Source: Paracoccaceae bacterium
GTDB lineage: Bacteria; Pseudomonadota; Alphaproteobacteria; Rhodobacterales; Rhodobacteraceae
Direction of reading: 5' to 3'
Assembly (NCBI GenBank): GCA_031415015.1
Contig: JANOQT010000090.1
Location: forward strand, 30,688 to 94,687
DNA length: 64,000 nt
Of the stretch, positions 9,334 to 19,993 are shown piece by piece. The notes below the pieces were generated by a model. It had not been told where the DNA came from and did not search any database. It saw only the letters and a program-made list of their open reading frames with translations. Every line of letters starts with the position of its first letter. The first letter of the stretch is position 1. Made by a program: the position numbers and the translations under genes.

Positions 9334-10170
9334 ATGGACCTGATCGACACTCACCAGCACCTGATCCTGCGCGAGCGGATCGGCTATGCCTGGACGGCGG
9401 AGTTTCCGATCCTGTCGGGTAACTTTACCCGTGCCGATTATGCCGGGCTGACGGCAGGCAAGGGGGTCACCGGATCGATTTTCATGGAAACCGGCGTTGA
9501 CGATGCCGACTTCCGGGCCGAGGCGCGGATGGTGGCGGACATGGTCGGGACCGGCGGGATGCTGGGCCAGATTGCCTCGATCCGGCCGGAACATGATGAC
9601 GGCTTTGATGCCTGGCTGGACGAGGCGGCAGAGCTGAAGACGGTCGGCTTCCGGCGCATTCTGCATGTGGTGCCCGACGAGGTGTCGCAGACGGAATCCT
9701 TCCGGCGCAACCTGCGCAAGATCGGACGGGCCGGGTTTCCGTTCGACCTCAATTATCTGGCGCGCCAGTTGATCCCCATCGGTGCAGCACTGGTGCGCGC
9801 CTGTCCGGATCAGGCCTATATCCTCGACCATTGCGGGGTGCCGGATGTCGCGGCTGGCGCCTTCGACGAATGGGCCGCGGGCATCGACGCGATGGCCGCC
9901 TTCCCGAATGTTGTGGTGAAACTGTCCGGCATCACCACCTACTGCGCGCCCGGAACCGCCTCGGTCTCGCTGATCCGGCCCTATGTTGATCATCTGCTGC
10001 ACACCTTTGGCCCGGACCGGATGTTGTGGGGCGGCGATTGGCCGGTGGTCAACCTTGGGGCGGATTTGCCAGCCTGGATCGACATGACGCGCGCTTTGCT
10101 GGCCGATCTGTCAGCGGATGAGCAGTTCGCCATCGGTCAGGGCACGGCGCGTCGGGTCTACGGGGTGTAA
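9334..10170 (+). CDS. amidohydrolase-2 family metal-dependent hydrolase (TIM barrel)
   Basis: 'MDLIDTHQHL' metal-binding start, plus 'ILDHCGVP' and 'MLWGGDWPV' typical of the amidohydrolase_2 / lactonase-like family. Confidence 0.8.
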   Translation: MDLIDTHQHLILRERIGYAWTAEFPILSGNFTRADYAGLTAGKGVTGSIFMETGVDDADFRAEARMVADMVGTGGMLGQIASIRPEHDDGFDAWLDEAAELKTVGFRRILHVVPDEVSQTESFRRNLRKIGRAGFPFDLNYLARQLIPIGAALVRACPDQAYILDHCGVPDVAAGAFDEWAAGIDAMAAFPNVVVKLSGITTYCAPGTASVSLIRPYVDHLLHTFGPDRMLWGGDWPVVNLGADLPAWIDMTRALLADLSADEQFAIGQGTARRVYGV

Positions 10171-10185
10171 CCGGCGCTGGCCCCG

Positions 10186-11133
10186 TCACAGCAGCGCTTC
10201 CAGACGGCCATAAGATCCCGCCATCCCTTCACCCATCCCCGACGCCTGCACCGCGTCGCGCGCGGGCGCGCCGGAATAGGTGATCTCCACCTGTACCGTG
10301 GTGCGGCCAGCGCTTTCGGCGAAGGTGGTCACCACCCGCGCGGGCCCGCCAGTCCAGTCAGGCTCGAACAGTTCGGTATGGACAATGCGGTCATCGCCAA
10401 TCGCTTCGAACCGCCCGGAAAGCTGGATTTTCGTCCCGTCCCGCATCGCCCACACGTATCGGAAACCGCCGCCAACCTGGGCGTCAATCTCGCAGACCTC
10501 CAGCGGCATCTCGGCGCTGCCGATCCAGCGGCACAGCAGGTCCGCCTCGGTATGGGCGCGGATCACGGCGGCTTTCGGCGCGGCAAAGCTGCGCGTCACC
10601 ACCAGCGACTGAACGCCTTCGGCCATGATGCGAAAATCGCCGGGCCGCAGTTCTGAAATCAGCTGAGGGATCAGGGCGTCCAGCTTGGCGTAGCCGTCCT
10701 CCATCCCTTCGACCATCCCCGACGCCGAAGCCCCGGCGCGGGCCGCCTCGGTCGCGTAGCGCACGACCATCGCCAGCCGGGTGGTCTGCGGCGCGATCTC
10801 TGTCAGGTCTTGGGTGACGGTGGTCTCGTCGCCGGTCCAGTCTTCGTCGAACATCTCGGTATGGATCAGGCGGTGCGGGGCGTTGACGGTCAGAAATCTG
10901 CCCGACACGCCCATGATCCGGTCAGGCCCGGTGCGCCAGGCCCAGCGGTAAGCACCCCCGATCCGCAGGTCCATCCGGCACTCGGTCATCGGCCAGTCGC
11001 GCGTCCAAAGCCAGCGGGGGATGATCGCGGGGTCGGTGATCGCGCGCCAAAGCAGGGCAGGGGAGGCATTGAAAACGCGGGTAAAGGTGATGTCCGTCGT
11101 ACCGGTCATCGCGATGTGCAGGGTGTCACGCAT
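10186..11133 (-). CDS. SRPBCC (AHSA1-like) protein with two tandem domains
   Basis: Start taken at the ATG at 11133, which overlaps the 3' end of the upstream gene. Two repeats of the 'F.AP...V..A.TDP..I.RW' type domain. Confidence 0.75.
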   Translation of the reverse strand: MRDTLHIAMTGTTDITFTRVFNASPALLWRAITDPAIIPRWLWTRDWPMTECRMDLRIGGAYRWAWRTGPDRIMGVSGRFLTVNAPHRLIHTEMFDEDWTGDETTVTQDLTEIAPQTTRLAMVVRYATEAARAGASASGMVEGMEDGYAKLDALIPQLISELRPGDFRIMAEGVQSLVVTRSFAAPKAAVIRAHTEADLLCRWIGSAEMPLEVCEIDAQVGGGFRYVWAMRDGTKIQLSGRFEAIGDDRIVHTELFEPDWTGGPARVVTTFAESAGRTTVQVEITYSGAPARDAVQASGMGEGMAGSYGRLEALL

Positions 11134-11608
11134 CCGACGCCTCCAACAGCGTTTCCAGCCGGGCATAGCTGACTTCCAGCCCGTCCTCCATGCCGCTGGC
11201 CAAGACTGCGGCGCGGGCGGCGGCATCGGCAAGGGTCATGGTCATCACCAGCCGGGTGCCGGTTCCGTCGGGGTCAAAGCGGGTGACGACATGGCTGTCG
11301 GGGGTGGGATCCGGCAGGAACATCCGCTCAATGTGAACAATCCGGCTGTGCGGGGTCACCTCCAGATACTCGCCGGTGGCATAAAAGCTGTGGCCCTGAC
11401 CATTGGTCCACTCAAAGCGAAAGCTGCCTCCCGGATAGGCGTCATTGGTGCACAAGGGCATCGTCCAGCCGTCCGGCCCCAGCATCCAACGCTGGATCAG
11501 CGCGGGGTCGGTATGGGCGCGGAAGACATGGGTCGGCGGCGCGGTGAAACGGCGCGTGATGACGATCTGGGTCTCGCCATCGGTGGTCAGCGTCACAGGG
11601 GCGTTCAT
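11126..11608 (-). CDS. SRPBCC (AHSA1-like) domain protein
   Basis: 'ITRRFTAPPTHVFRAHTDPALIQRWMLGPDGW'. 160 aa. Start overlaps the end of the ArsR gene. Confidence 0.8.
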   Translation of the reverse strand: MNAPVTLTTDGETQIVITRRFTAPPTHVFRAHTDPALIQRWMLGPDGWTMPLCTNDAYPGGSFRFEWTNGQGHSFYATGEYLEVTPHSRIVHIERMFLPDPTPDSHVVTRFDPDGTGTRLVMTMTLADAAARAAVLASGMEDGLEVSYARLETLLEASDA

Positions 11609-11934
11609 AGCGTTTCATCTTTTTGCAGGCCGGCCAGAACCGCATCCAGCCTTGTGTAGCGCGCTTCCCACAGCGCGCGGTATTGGCCAAGCCAGTCCCA
11701 CAGCGCCTCGACGGCATCGGGGTTCAGGCGGCGGGGGCGGGCGGTGCCTTCGATCCGGGTCTCGATCAGGCCCGCGTCTTCCAGCACCTTCAGATGACGG
11801 CTGATCGCGGGCTGGCTGATCGAAAACGGGCGGGCGATGTCCTGCACCGTCGCCTCGCCCTGCGCCAGCCGCGCAATGATCGCGCGGCGGGTGGGGTCGG
11901 CCAGGGCGGCAAAGGCATGGTCAATTGTTTTCAT
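11605..11934 (-). CDS. ArsR/SmtB-family transcriptional regulator
   Basis: 'FAALADPTRRAIIARLAQGEATVQDIARPFSISQPAISRHLKVLEDAGLI' is a winged HTH. AT-rich region upstream. Confidence 0.9.
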   Translation of the reverse strand: MKTIDHAFAALADPTRRAIIARLAQGEATVQDIARPFSISQPAISRHLKVLEDAGLIETRIEGTARPRRLNPDAVEALWDWLGQYRALWEARYTRLDAVLAGLQKDETL

Positions 11935-12023
11935 GATTCGTTATATAACACAAAATCTATTTAAAGAAAACGTTGACTGCCGCGATCCCGATGGCGCAGG
12001 CACTCAGCCGCTGCGTGCAGCCG

Positions 12024-12233
12024 TCACTCGACCACAAAGGCCCCGATGACGACCGCAACAGCGATAAGACCGAACATCAGCGGGCGAACCCGGTCGTGCG
12101 GCGTGCTATTTGTGTCCAGCATGAAGGTCAGGAATGACGGACCATCCTCAGTGCGCTCCTGCACCTCGTAAATCGCCCATCGCACCCCAAGCAGCACTGC
12201 CGTGGCGAGGGCGAGGTATAGATTGAAGGACAT
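12024..12233 (-). CDS. small two-TM membrane protein (69 aa), unknown
   Basis: Internal ATG of ORF 12024..12422 (MSFNLYLALATAVLLG...LMFGLIAVAVVIGAFVVE). GC-rich third codon positions. Weak Shine-Dalgarno. Confidence 0.4.
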   Translation of the reverse strand: MSFNLYLALATAVLLGVRWAIYEVQERTEDGPSFLTFMLDTNSTPHDRVRPLMFGLIAVAVVIGAFVVE

Positions 12234-12420
12234 TCCGTTGGCCCTGTCTGAGCAGGCAGACCGTTTCCCGCGGATGAAGCATTGCCTAGCCGGACCCATG
12301 TGGCAAGCATCGCGCATGCTTTCTTGCTGGCCACAGGGCCGGTTCTTCGCTACTCTTGGCACAGACCCGGGGGTTACATCCGGGCTTCGAGGCAGAGCAG
12401 GCGAATTCAGGCGGTTACCC

Positions 12421-13584
12421 ATGACTGAGATGGTCTATGGCTCCAATCCCATTCGGGTGACAGAGCCGGTACTTCCCCGTTGGTGGCGCACCATCGACAA
12501 ATGGACGTTGACCTCGGTCTTCGTCCTGTTCGGTATTGGTCTGCTGCTGGGTCTTGCGGCCTCGGTGCCGCTGGCCACCCGCAACGGGCTGGAGCCGTTC
12601 TACTATGTGCAGCGCCAGGCCTTCTTTGGCGGTGTGGCGCTGGTGGTGATGATCGCCATTTCGATGATGTCGCCCGCGATGGTGCGCCGTCTGGGGGTGC
12701 TTGGCTTTGCCATCTCGCTGATGGCGCTGATGCTGCTGCCGCTGTTCGGCACCGATTTCGGCAAAGGTGCCGTGCGATGGTTCAGCCTTGGCTTTGCCTC
12801 GGTGCAGCCGTCCGAGTTTCTGAAACCCGGCTTTGTCATCGTGGTGGCATGGCTGATCGCTTCCTCCCAGGATATCAACGGCCCGCCGGGCAAGTCGGTG
12901 TCCTTTGCCATCACCCTTGTCGTGGTGGCCTTTCTGGCGATGCAGCCTGACTTTGGCCAATCCGCGCTGATCGTCTTTGCCTGGGGGGTGATCTATTTCG
13001 TCGGCGGCGCGCCGATGACCCTGATCGCCGTGGTGGGTGGCATCGTCACCGCCAGCGGCCTTGCGTTCTACGAATCCAGTGAACACTTCGCCCGCCGCAT
13101 CGACGGCTTTCTGTCGCCCGACGTGGACCCGCGCACTCAGCTTGGCTATGCCGCCAACGCCATTCAGGAGGGCGGCTTCTTCGGTGTCGGCGTGGGCGAG
13201 GGGCAGGTGAAGTGGTCGCTGCCTGATGCGCATACCGATTTCATCATCGCAGTTGCGGCCGAAGAATACGGCCTGCTTCTCGTGCTGGCGATCCTGATGC
13301 TGTACGGGTTGATCGTGTCGCGGTCGCTCCTGCGGCTGATGCGGGAACGCGATCCGTTCACCCGTCTGGCGGGCGCCGGGCTGGCCTGCACCTTCGGCGT
13401 GCAGGCAATGATCAACATGGGGGTGGCGGTGCGGCTGTTGCCCGCCAAGGGCATGACGCTGCCGTTCGTCAGCTATGGCGGGTCGTCGGTGATCGCGGCA
13501 GGCATCACGCTTGGCATGCTTCTGGCCCTGACGCGGTCACGTCCGCGCGGCCAGATGAGCGATGTCTTCAAGCGGGGCCGCTAG
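12421..13584 (+). CDS. ftsW: cell-division lipid II flippase / SEDS protein FtsW
   Basis: Multi-TM SEDS sequence ('PSEFLKP', 'LPDAHTDFI', '[13 protein letters not shown]'). Sits upstream of murG. Confidence 0.9.
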   Translation: MTEMVYGSNPIRVTEPVLPRWWRTIDKWTLTSVFVLFGIGLLLGLAASVPLATRNGLEPFYYVQRQAFFGGVALVVMIAISMMSPAMVRRLGVLGFAISLMALMLLPLFGTDFGKGAVRWFSLGFASVQPSEFLKPGFVIVVAWLIASSQDINGPPGKSVSFAITLVVVAFLAMQPDFGQSALIVFAWGVIYFVGGAPMTLIAVVGGIVTASGLAFYESSEHFARRIDGFLSPDVDPRTQLGYAANAIQEGGFFGVGVGEGQVKWSLPDAHTDFIIAVAAEEYGLLLVLAILMLYGLIVSRSLLRLMRERDPFTRLAGAGLACTFGVQAMINMGVAVRLLPAKGMTLPFVSYGGSSVIAAGITLGMLLALTRSRPRGQMSDVFKRGR

Positions 13585-13585
13585 G

Positions 13586-14674
13586 ATGGCAAAGCTTCTC
13601 CTCATCGCGGCGGGCGGCACCGGCGGGCACATGTTCCCCGCACAGGCGCTGGCCGAAGCGATGATCAAGCGCGGCTGGCGGGTGAAACTGTCCACCGACG
13701 CGCGCGGCGCGCGCTATGCTGGCGGCTTTCCGGACGGGGTGGTGATCGAACAGGTCGGATCGGCCACCTTCGCGCGCGGCGGGGTACTGGCGAAACTGCT
13801 GGTCCCCTTCCACATCGCGGGCGGCATTTTCGCGGCACTGTGGTCGATGACGCGCGACAAACCGGCGGTGGTGGTGGGGTTCGGCGGCTATCCGTCGATC
13901 CCGGCGCTGTCAGCGGCATGGCTGCTGCGCCGTCCCCGGATGATCCACGAACAAAACGGCGTACTGGGCCGGGTCAACCGGATCTTCGCCAGCCGGGTCC
14001 ACCGCATCGCCTGCGGCACCTGGCCGACCACACTCCCCCAAGGCGTCACCGGCGAACACACCGGCAACCCGGTCCGCCAGGCGGTGCTGGACCGCGCGGG
14101 CGCAGGCTACATGCCCCCCGGCGATTACCCGATGTCGCTTGTGGTCATCGGCGGCAGTCAGGGCGCGCGCATCCTCTCCGACGTGGTGCCTGCCGCTGTT
14201 GCGGCCTTGCCCGAAGCCCTGCGCCGCAACCTGCGCGTCGCCCATCAGGCCCGGGCCGAGGATGCCGACCGCGTGACCGCCGCTTACGACGCCGCAGGTA
14301 TCCGCGCCGAGGTGGAGCCGTTCTTTGCGGACATCCCCGCCCGGCTGAGCGAGGCGCAGCTGGTCATCTCGCGCTCCGGTGCGTCGTCCGTCGCCGACAT
14401 CTCGGTGATCGGGCGTCCCGCGATCCTGATCCCCTATGCCGCCGCCACCGGCGACCATCAGACCGCCAACGCGCGCGGGCTGGTTGACGCAGGGGCCGCC
14501 CTGCTGGCCGCCGAGAACACCCTTGACGTCGCAACTGTTAGCGGCCACATCGCGTCGGTCCTGGGCCAGCCGCAAAAGGCCGAGGCCATGGCCCGCGCCG
14601 CCCTCGCCCAAGCCCGCCCCGACGCGACAGACCGGCTTGCCGCCCTCGTAGAAGACCTCGCAAAGGAGGCATGA
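13586..14674 (+). CDS. murG: UDP-N-acetylglucosamine--N-acetylmuramyl-(pentapeptide) pyrophosphoryl-undecaprenol GlcNAc transferase
   Basis: '[19 protein letters not shown]' and '[11 protein letters not shown]...HQTANA'. dcw context. Confidence 0.95.
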   Translation: MAKLLLIAAGGTGGHMFPAQALAEAMIKRGWRVKLSTDARGARYAGGFPDGVVIEQVGSATFARGGVLAKLLVPFHIAGGIFAALWSMTRDKPAVVVGFGGYPSIPALSAAWLLRRPRMIHEQNGVLGRVNRIFASRVHRIACGTWPTTLPQGVTGEHTGNPVRQAVLDRAGAGYMPPGDYPMSLVVIGGSQGARILSDVVPAAVAALPEALRRNLRVAHQARAEDADRVTAAYDAAGIRAEVEPFFADIPARLSEAQLVISRSGASSVADISVIGRPAILIPYAAATGDHQTANARGLVDAGAALLAAENTLDVATVSGHIASVLGQPQKAEAMARAALAQARPDATDRLAALVEDLAKEA

Positions 14675-14675
14675 C

Positions 14676-16082
14676 ATGAACGCCGCCACGAAACTGCCGA
14701 TGGAACTGGGCCCCATCCACTTTGTGGGCATTGGTGGCATCGGCATGTCAGGCATCGCCGAAGTGCTGATGACCCTTGGCTACCGGGTGCAGGGATCGGA
14801 CGCGAAAGCGTCCAAGATCACCGACCGGCTGGTGAAACTGGGCGCGGTGTTCTTTGAAGGCCAGGCCGCCGCGAACATCGGCGAGGCGGCAGTTGTGGTC
14901 ATCTCCTCCGCCATCAAGAAGGGCAACCCGGAACTGGAAGAGGCGCGGCTGCGCAAACTGCCCGTCGTGCGCCGGGCGGAAATGCTGGCCGAACTGATGC
15001 GGATGCGGTCGAACATCGCCATCGCGGGAACCCACGGCAAGACCACGACCACGACAATGGTGGCGACGCTGCTGGACAAGGGCGGTTTCGACCCGACCGT
15101 GATCAATGGCGGGGTGATTCACGCTTACGGATCGAACGCCCGTGCAGGCGCTGGCGAGTGGATGGTGGTCGAGGCGGACGAAAGCGACGGTTCCTTCAAC
15201 CGTCTGCCCGCCACCATCGCCATTGTCACCAACATCGACCCCGAACATATGGAACACTGGGGCACCTTCGACGCCCTGCGCAAAGGCTTTTACGACTTTG
15301 TCACCAATATCCCGTTCTACGGCCTTGCGGTCTGCTGCACCGATCACCCGGAAGTGCAGGCGCTGGTCGGCCGCGTCACCGACCGCCGCGTTGTGACCTT
15401 CGGCTTCAACGCCCAGGCTGACGTGCGGGCGCAGAACCTGACGTACGAGAATGGCATCGCGCATTTCGACATCGCCTTGCAAAGCGAAGACACGGTTATC
15501 GAAGGCTGCACCCTGCCGATGCCCGGCGATCACAACGTGTCGAACGCGCTGTCGGCGGTTGCGGTCGCCCGCCACCTTGGCATGAAGAAAGACGAGATCC
15601 GCGAGGCTTTGGCCGGTTTTGCAGGCGTCAACCGCCGCTTTACCAAGGTGGGCGAAGTGAACGGCGTCACCATCATCGATGATTACGGCCACCACCCGGT
15701 GGAAATCGCCGCTGTCCTGCGCGCTGCGCGGCAGGCGACCAAAGGCCGGATCATCGCTGTCCACCAGCCGCACCGCTATACCCGCCTCAGCCACCTGTTC
15801 GACGATTTCTGCACCTGCTTCAACGAGGCAGACGTGGTCGCTATCGCCGAGGTCTATGCCGCAGGCGAAGACCCGATCCCCGGCGCGTCGCGCGATGACC
15901 TCGTTGCAGGGCTGATCGCCCACGGCCACCGCCACGCCCGCGCCATCATGGACGAGGCCGATTTGGCCCGTCTGGTCCGCGAACAGGCCCGGCCCGGCGA
16001 CATGGTGGTCTGTCTTGGCGCGGGCACGATTTCCACCTGGGCCACCAACCTGCCCGCCAAACTGATGGAGCAGGCTGCGTGA
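14676..16082 (+). CDS. murC: UDP-N-acetylmuramate--L-alanine ligase
   Basis: '[18 protein letters not shown]' and '[13 protein letters not shown]'. 468 aa. Confidence 0.95.
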   Translation: MNAATKLPMELGPIHFVGIGGIGMSGIAEVLMTLGYRVQGSDAKASKITDRLVKLGAVFFEGQAAANIGEAAVVVISSAIKKGNPELEEARLRKLPVVRRAEMLAELMRMRSNIAIAGTHGKTTTTTMVATLLDKGGFDPTVINGGVIHAYGSNARAGAGEWMVVEADESDGSFNRLPATIAIVTNIDPEHMEHWGTFDALRKGFYDFVTNIPFYGLAVCCTDHPEVQALVGRVTDRRVVTFGFNAQADVRAQNLTYENGIAHFDIALQSEDTVIEGCTLPMPGDHNVSNALSAVAVARHLGMKKDEIREALAGFAGVNRRFTKVGEVNGVTIIDDYGHHPVEIAAVLRAARQATKGRIIAVHQPHRYTRLSHLFDDFCTCFNEADVVAIAEVYAAGEDPIPGASRDDLVAGLIAHGHRHARAIMDEADLARLVREQARPGDMVVCLGAGTISTWATNLPAKLMEQAA

Positions 16083-16345
16083 GCCCGCCGCTGATCCTCG
16101 GCTGTGTCTGGGTCATTGCGGCGGCCATCGTTGCCATGCTGCCGATGAAGCGGCAAATGCTGCCGGGCATGGCGCTGCTGCTGGCCGCGCCGGTGCTGCT
16201 GGTCTGGATCGGCTGGGTGCATGGCTGGCTGTGGCTGGCGCTTGGCCTGTTTGCCTTCCTGTCGATGTTCCGCAATCCGCTGTTGTACTTTGCCCGCCGG
16301 GCGCTGGGCCGCCCCGCCCCCTTGCCGGACGAGTTGAAGAAATGA
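16079..16345 (+). CDS. small membrane protein (DUF2484-like), 88 aa
   Basis: GTG start overlaps the murC stop (GTGA). Hydrophobic. Paralogous to the next ORF (L.L.C.W.I.A...AM.P). Confidence 0.6.
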   Translation: MSPPLILGCVWVIAAAIVAMLPMKRQMLPGMALLLAAPVLLVWIGWVHGWLWLALGLFAFLSMFRNPLLYFARRALGRPAPLPDELKK

Positions 16346-16587
16346 CGTTGCCGCTGACCCTGTGCTGTCTGTGGTTGATCACCGCGAACGTCATGGCGAT
16401 GTTTCCGTCGCGCGATCTGCACTGGCGCGCGGCCTATTGGCTGATAGCCATCGGCATCCCGCTGGTCGGCTGGGTGACATATGAAGGCGGGCCGGTCATC
16501 GGCATGCTGGTGCTGGCCGCGGGCGCGTCGATCCTGCGCTGGCCGGTGGTCTATTTCTGGCGCTGGCTGCGGCGCCGCTTTACCTGA
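16342..16587 (+). CDS. small membrane protein (DUF2484-like), 81 aa
   Basis: ATG overlaps the preceding stop (ATGA at 16342-16345). '[22 protein letters not shown]'. Confidence 0.6.
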   Translation: MTLPLTLCCLWLITANVMAMFPSRDLHWRAAYWLIAIGIPLVGWVTYEGGPVIGMLVLAAGASILRWPVVYFWRWLRRRFT

Positions 16588-16597
16588 CGGGGGCCGT

Positions 16598-16882
16598 ATG
16601 TATGCGCATCTGATCGTCATGGCGCTTGTGACGGCGCTGGGGGCAGGGCTGCTGTCCTGGATCGTGGCGCGTCGTATAGGCACGCGCTGGGCGCTGGCTT
16701 TGCCGGTGCTGGCCTTGGCCGCAATGATCGTCATCCTCGCCCGGTCGCAAGGCCTCGGCTTTCACGACGCTCTTGGCATGACCGCTACGGCCGCGGTGTT
16801 TGCCCTGCCAGTGTTGGTTGGGGCAATGGCGGGAATCCTTCTGCATCTTTTGACCAAGCCGAAACCCCGGCAGGATCCATGA
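16598..16882 (+). CDS. small membrane protein, 94 aa, unknown
   Basis: Internal ATG of ORF 16481..16882 (MYAHLIVMALVTALGAGLL...). About 3 hydrophobic segments. Confidence 0.5.
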   Translation: MYAHLIVMALVTALGAGLLSWIVARRIGTRWALALPVLALAAMIVILARSQGLGFHDALGMTATAAVFALPVLVGAMAGILLHLLTKPKPRQDP

Positions 16883-17160
16883 CCGAGATCGGCATTCTGG
16901 CAGTCTTGGGCCTGGCCGCGCTGGCGGCGGCGCTTGTCGTCACACTGGCCGTCGGCCGCTGGTTCGGTCGCCGGGCGGCCGTAGCGATCCCACTCCTCGG
17001 GTTTGTGACTGGTCTCGGCCTCGTCGCCAATGCCGAGCTGGGGCATGGCGGCTATAGCCGTCTGGATTGGTACGCCTACGCCATTTTCTTTGCCCTGCCG
17101 ATGGTGCTGGGTGGCGGGATCGGGCTGGTGTTCCGACCTTGGCGCAATCGGAAGCCTTGA
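16879..17160 (+). CDS. small membrane protein, 93 aa, unknown
   Basis: ATGA overlap with the previous ORF. Shares 'FALP(V/M)..G' and 'GRW/TRW' features with it. Confidence 0.5.
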   Translation: MTEIGILAVLGLAALAAALVVTLAVGRWFGRRAAVAIPLLGFVTGLGLVANAELGHGGYSRLDWYAYAIFFALPMVLGGGIGLVFRPWRNRKP

Positions 17161-17205
17161 CGCGGCCCCCTTGCCGCAGACCGTTCCCGCCGCTACCAGA
17201 TCACT

Positions 17206-18132
17206 ATGACCTCACTTCCTACCCCGCGCGGCACGCTGACGCCCGACCGCCCCCTTGCCGATCTGACCTGGCTGCGGGTGGGAGGACCGGCTGACTGGCT
17301 GTTTCAGCCTGCGGACGAGGCCGATCTTGCCACGTTTCTCGCCGGTCTCGACCCAAGCGTGCCGGTCTTTCCGATGGGCGTCGGCTCCAACCTGATCATC
17401 CGTGACGGCGGCCTGCGCGCTGTCGTGATCCGCCTTGGTCGCAGCTTCAACTCCATCACCGTCGAAGGCGACACCGTCACCGCCGGGGCCGCCGCCCTTG
17501 ACGCTCATGTCGCGCGCCGTGCTGCCGAGGCGGGGCTGGACCTGACCTTCCTGCGCACCATTCCCGGCACTATCGGCGGGGCGGTTCGGATGAACGCGGG
17601 CTGTTATGGGTCATATGTCGCCGATCATCTGATCGCTGCCCGGGTGATCCTTCGCAACGGCACGGTCACCGATCTGCCCGCCGCCGATCTGCACCTGCGC
17701 TACCGGCAAAGCGCTTTGCCCGACGGGGCAGTGATCATCGCCGCCACCTTTCGCGCGGGGCAAGGTGATCCCGCAGCGCTGGCGGCGAAGATGGCCGACC
17801 AGATTGCCAGACGCGACGCGAGCCAGCCGACCAAGGACCGCTCTGCTGGCTCCACCTTCCGCAATCCGGCGGGGTTCAGCTCTACCGGACGCGCCGATGA
17901 CAGCCACGAATTGAAGGCCTGGAAGGTGATCGACACCGCCGGAATGCGCGGCGCGCGGCTGGGCGGGGCGCAGATGTCGCCGATGCATTCCAACTTTCTG
18001 ATCAACACCGGTGGCGCCACTGCCGCCGATCTGGAAAATCTGGGCGAAGAGGTACGAAAAAGGGTTTTCCAACAGAGCGGTATCACGCTAGAGTGGGAAA
18101 TAATGCGGGTCGGAGAACCTGCAGACAAATAA
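17206..18132 (+). CDS. murB: UDP-N-acetylenolpyruvoylglucosamine reductase
   Basis: '[13 protein letters not shown]', '[12 protein letters not shown]' and 'SAGSTFRNP'. 308 aa. Confidence 0.95.
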   Translation: MTSLPTPRGTLTPDRPLADLTWLRVGGPADWLFQPADEADLATFLAGLDPSVPVFPMGVGSNLIIRDGGLRAVVIRLGRSFNSITVEGDTVTAGAAALDAHVARRAAEAGLDLTFLRTIPGTIGGAVRMNAGCYGSYVADHLIAARVILRNGTVTDLPAADLHLRYRQSALPDGAVIIAATFRAGQGDPAALAAKMADQIARRDASQPTKDRSAGSTFRNPAGFSSTGRADDSHELKAWKVIDTAGMRGARLGGAQMSPMHSNFLINTGGATAADLENLGEEVRKRVFQQSGITLEWEIMRVGEPADK

Positions 18133-18170
18133 GATCACGGGTCACATAAGACCCGGATGAGGCAGTGTAT

Positions 18171-19091
18171 ATGGCGGGCGCATCGAGCAGGATGTCCCCC
18201 AGGGTGGCAGTTTTGATGGGTGGGCTTTCCGCAGAGCGGGAGGTTTCGCTTGTCTCGGGGCGTGAATGCGCCAAGGCCCTCCGGGCGGCAGGATATGACG
18301 TGGTCGAGGTCGATTGTGGCCCCGATCTTCCCGCACGCCTGTCCGAAATCAAGCCCGATGTCGCGTTCAATGCCCTGCATGGCCGCTGGGGCGAGGATGG
18401 CTGCGTGCAGGGCATTCTGGAATGGCTGACCATTCCCTACACCCACTCGGGCGTCCTCTCTTCCGCCCTGGCGATGGACAAGGCCAAGGCAAAAGAGGTC
18501 TACGTGGCCGCCGGTCTGCCCATCGTCACCAGCGTGATAGCCACCAAGGATGCGGTCGAGGCGGGGCATGTCCTGCCGCCGCCCTATGTGGTGAAGCCGA
18601 ACAACGAAGGCTCCTCTGTCGGCGTCTACATCGTCCGCGAAGGCTCCAACGCGCCGCGTCTGGCGGCCACGATGCCCGCAACAGTGATGGTCGAGGCCTA
18701 CGCCCCCGGGCGCGAGCTGACGACGACCGTGATGGGCGACCGCGCGCTGTGTGTCACCGACATCATCACCTCCGGCTGGTATGATTACGACGCGAAATAT
18801 ACCACCGGCGGCTCCAGCCACATCCTCCCCGCTGTGCTGCCGGACGAGATCACTGCCGCCTGTCTGGACTACGCGCTCCGCGCCCACCACGCCCTGGGCT
18901 GCCGGGGCGTCAGCCGCACCGATTTCCGCTGGGACGAAGCCCGCGGATTGGCCGGCCTGATCCTGCTGGAAACCAACACCCAGCCCGGCATGACCCCCAC
19001 CTCGCTGGTGCCCGAACAGGCCGCGCACCTGGGGATCAGCTTTCCCGACCTCTGCACCTGGATGGTAGAGGACGCGTCATGCAACCGCTGA
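18171..19091 (+). CDS. ddl: D-alanine--D-alanine ligase
   Basis: '[16 protein letters not shown]', '[17 protein letters not shown]' and '[11 protein letters not shown]'. The ATG at 18171 is preceded by GAGG. The ORF opens at 18165. Confidence 0.95.
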   Translation: MAGASSRMSPRVAVLMGGLSAEREVSLVSGRECAKALRAAGYDVVEVDCGPDLPARLSEIKPDVAFNALHGRWGEDGCVQGILEWLTIPYTHSGVLSSALAMDKAKAKEVYVAAGLPIVTSVIATKDAVEAGHVLPPPYVVKPNNEGSSVGVYIVREGSNAPRLAATMPATVMVEAYAPGRELTTTVMGDRALCVTDIITSGWYDYDAKYTTGGSSHILPAVLPDEITAACLDYALRAHHALGCRGVSRTDFRWDEARGLAGLILLETNTQPGMTPTSLVPEQAAHLGISFPDLCTWMVEDASCNR

Positions 19092-19993
19092 CCGCCAGTC
19101 GCAAATCGGGCCGTCCCGCAACGGGCAGCCGTCGCGATCCGGCGCCCAGCCGCTGGGCCTACCGGGTACAACGGGTGATGCTGACGCCGCATCTGCGGCT
19201 GTTCATCCGCACCGGACTGCCGACCCTTGCGCTGGTGGGGGCGCTGACACTGTGGTTCTCGCACGAGGCGAACCGTGCGGCTGTCACCTCTGCCATCGCC
19301 GATCTGCGCGAAAAGTTCGAGGACCGGCCGGAATTCCGCGTCTCGCTCGCCTCTGTCGAAGGCGCGTCCGAAGATCTGGCCGCAGCGGTGCGCAGCAAGC
19401 TGGGCGTGCAACTGCCGCAATCGTCCTTCGACATTGACCTCGATGCCGCCCGGATCCGGATCGAAGCGCTGGATGCGGTCAAGCAGGCCGAATTGCGCGT
19501 CCGGTCCGGCGGTGTGTTGCAGGTGCTGATCACCGAACGCATTCCGCTGGCTGTCTGGCGCACCGACGATGGGCTGACGCTGGTCGATGACACCGGCCAC
19601 CGCGTTGCGGGCCTGCTGGCACGCACCGACCGGCCCGACCTGCCACTGATCGCAGGCACCGGCGCAGACCGCGCCACGCCCGAAGCGCTGGACCTGATCG
19701 CTGCCACCGGGCCGCTGGCGCCCCGCGTCCGCGGGCTGGTGCGGATGGGCGAGCGGCGCTGGGATATCGTGCTGGACCGTGGTCAGCGCATCCTGCTGCC
19801 CGAAAAGAACCCCGTCCGCGCGCTGGAACGCCTGCTGGCGCTTGACCATGTGCAGGACATCATGAACCGCGACATCCTTGCCATCGACCTTCGCTCTGAC
19901 CATCGCCCCACCCTGCGCCTGACACCCTTCGCCCTTGGCGAGATGCGTCGCGCACAGGGCATTGAAATTGACATCGTGGAGAACGAATTGTGA
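19079..19993 (+). CDS. ftsQ: cell division protein FtsQ
   Basis: Position between ddl and ftsA. Single N-terminal TM ([15 protein letters not shown]) and a POTRA-like region. Confidence 0.85.
   Translation: MQPLTASRKSGRPATGSRRDPAPSRWAYRVQRVMLTPHLRLFIRTGLPTLALVGALTLWFSHEANRAAVTSAIADLREKFEDRPEFRVSLASVEGASEDLAAAVRSKLGVQLPQSSFDIDLDAARIRIEALDAVKQAELRVRSGGVLQVLITERIPLAVWRTDDGLTLVDDTGHRVAGLLARTDRPDLPLIAGTGADRATPEALDLIAATGPLAPRVRGLVRMGERRWDIVLDRGQRILLPEKNPVRALERLLALDHVQDIMNRDILAIDLRSDHRPTLRLTPFALGEMRRAQGIEIDIVENEL

Noticed and set aside
12202-12420. 5' extension of the ftsW ORF, and similarly 33047..33151 for rne and 21417..21530 for ftsZ
   Set aside because: The extensions lack similarity to the respective families. 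Conserved N-termini start at the internal ATGs chosen.
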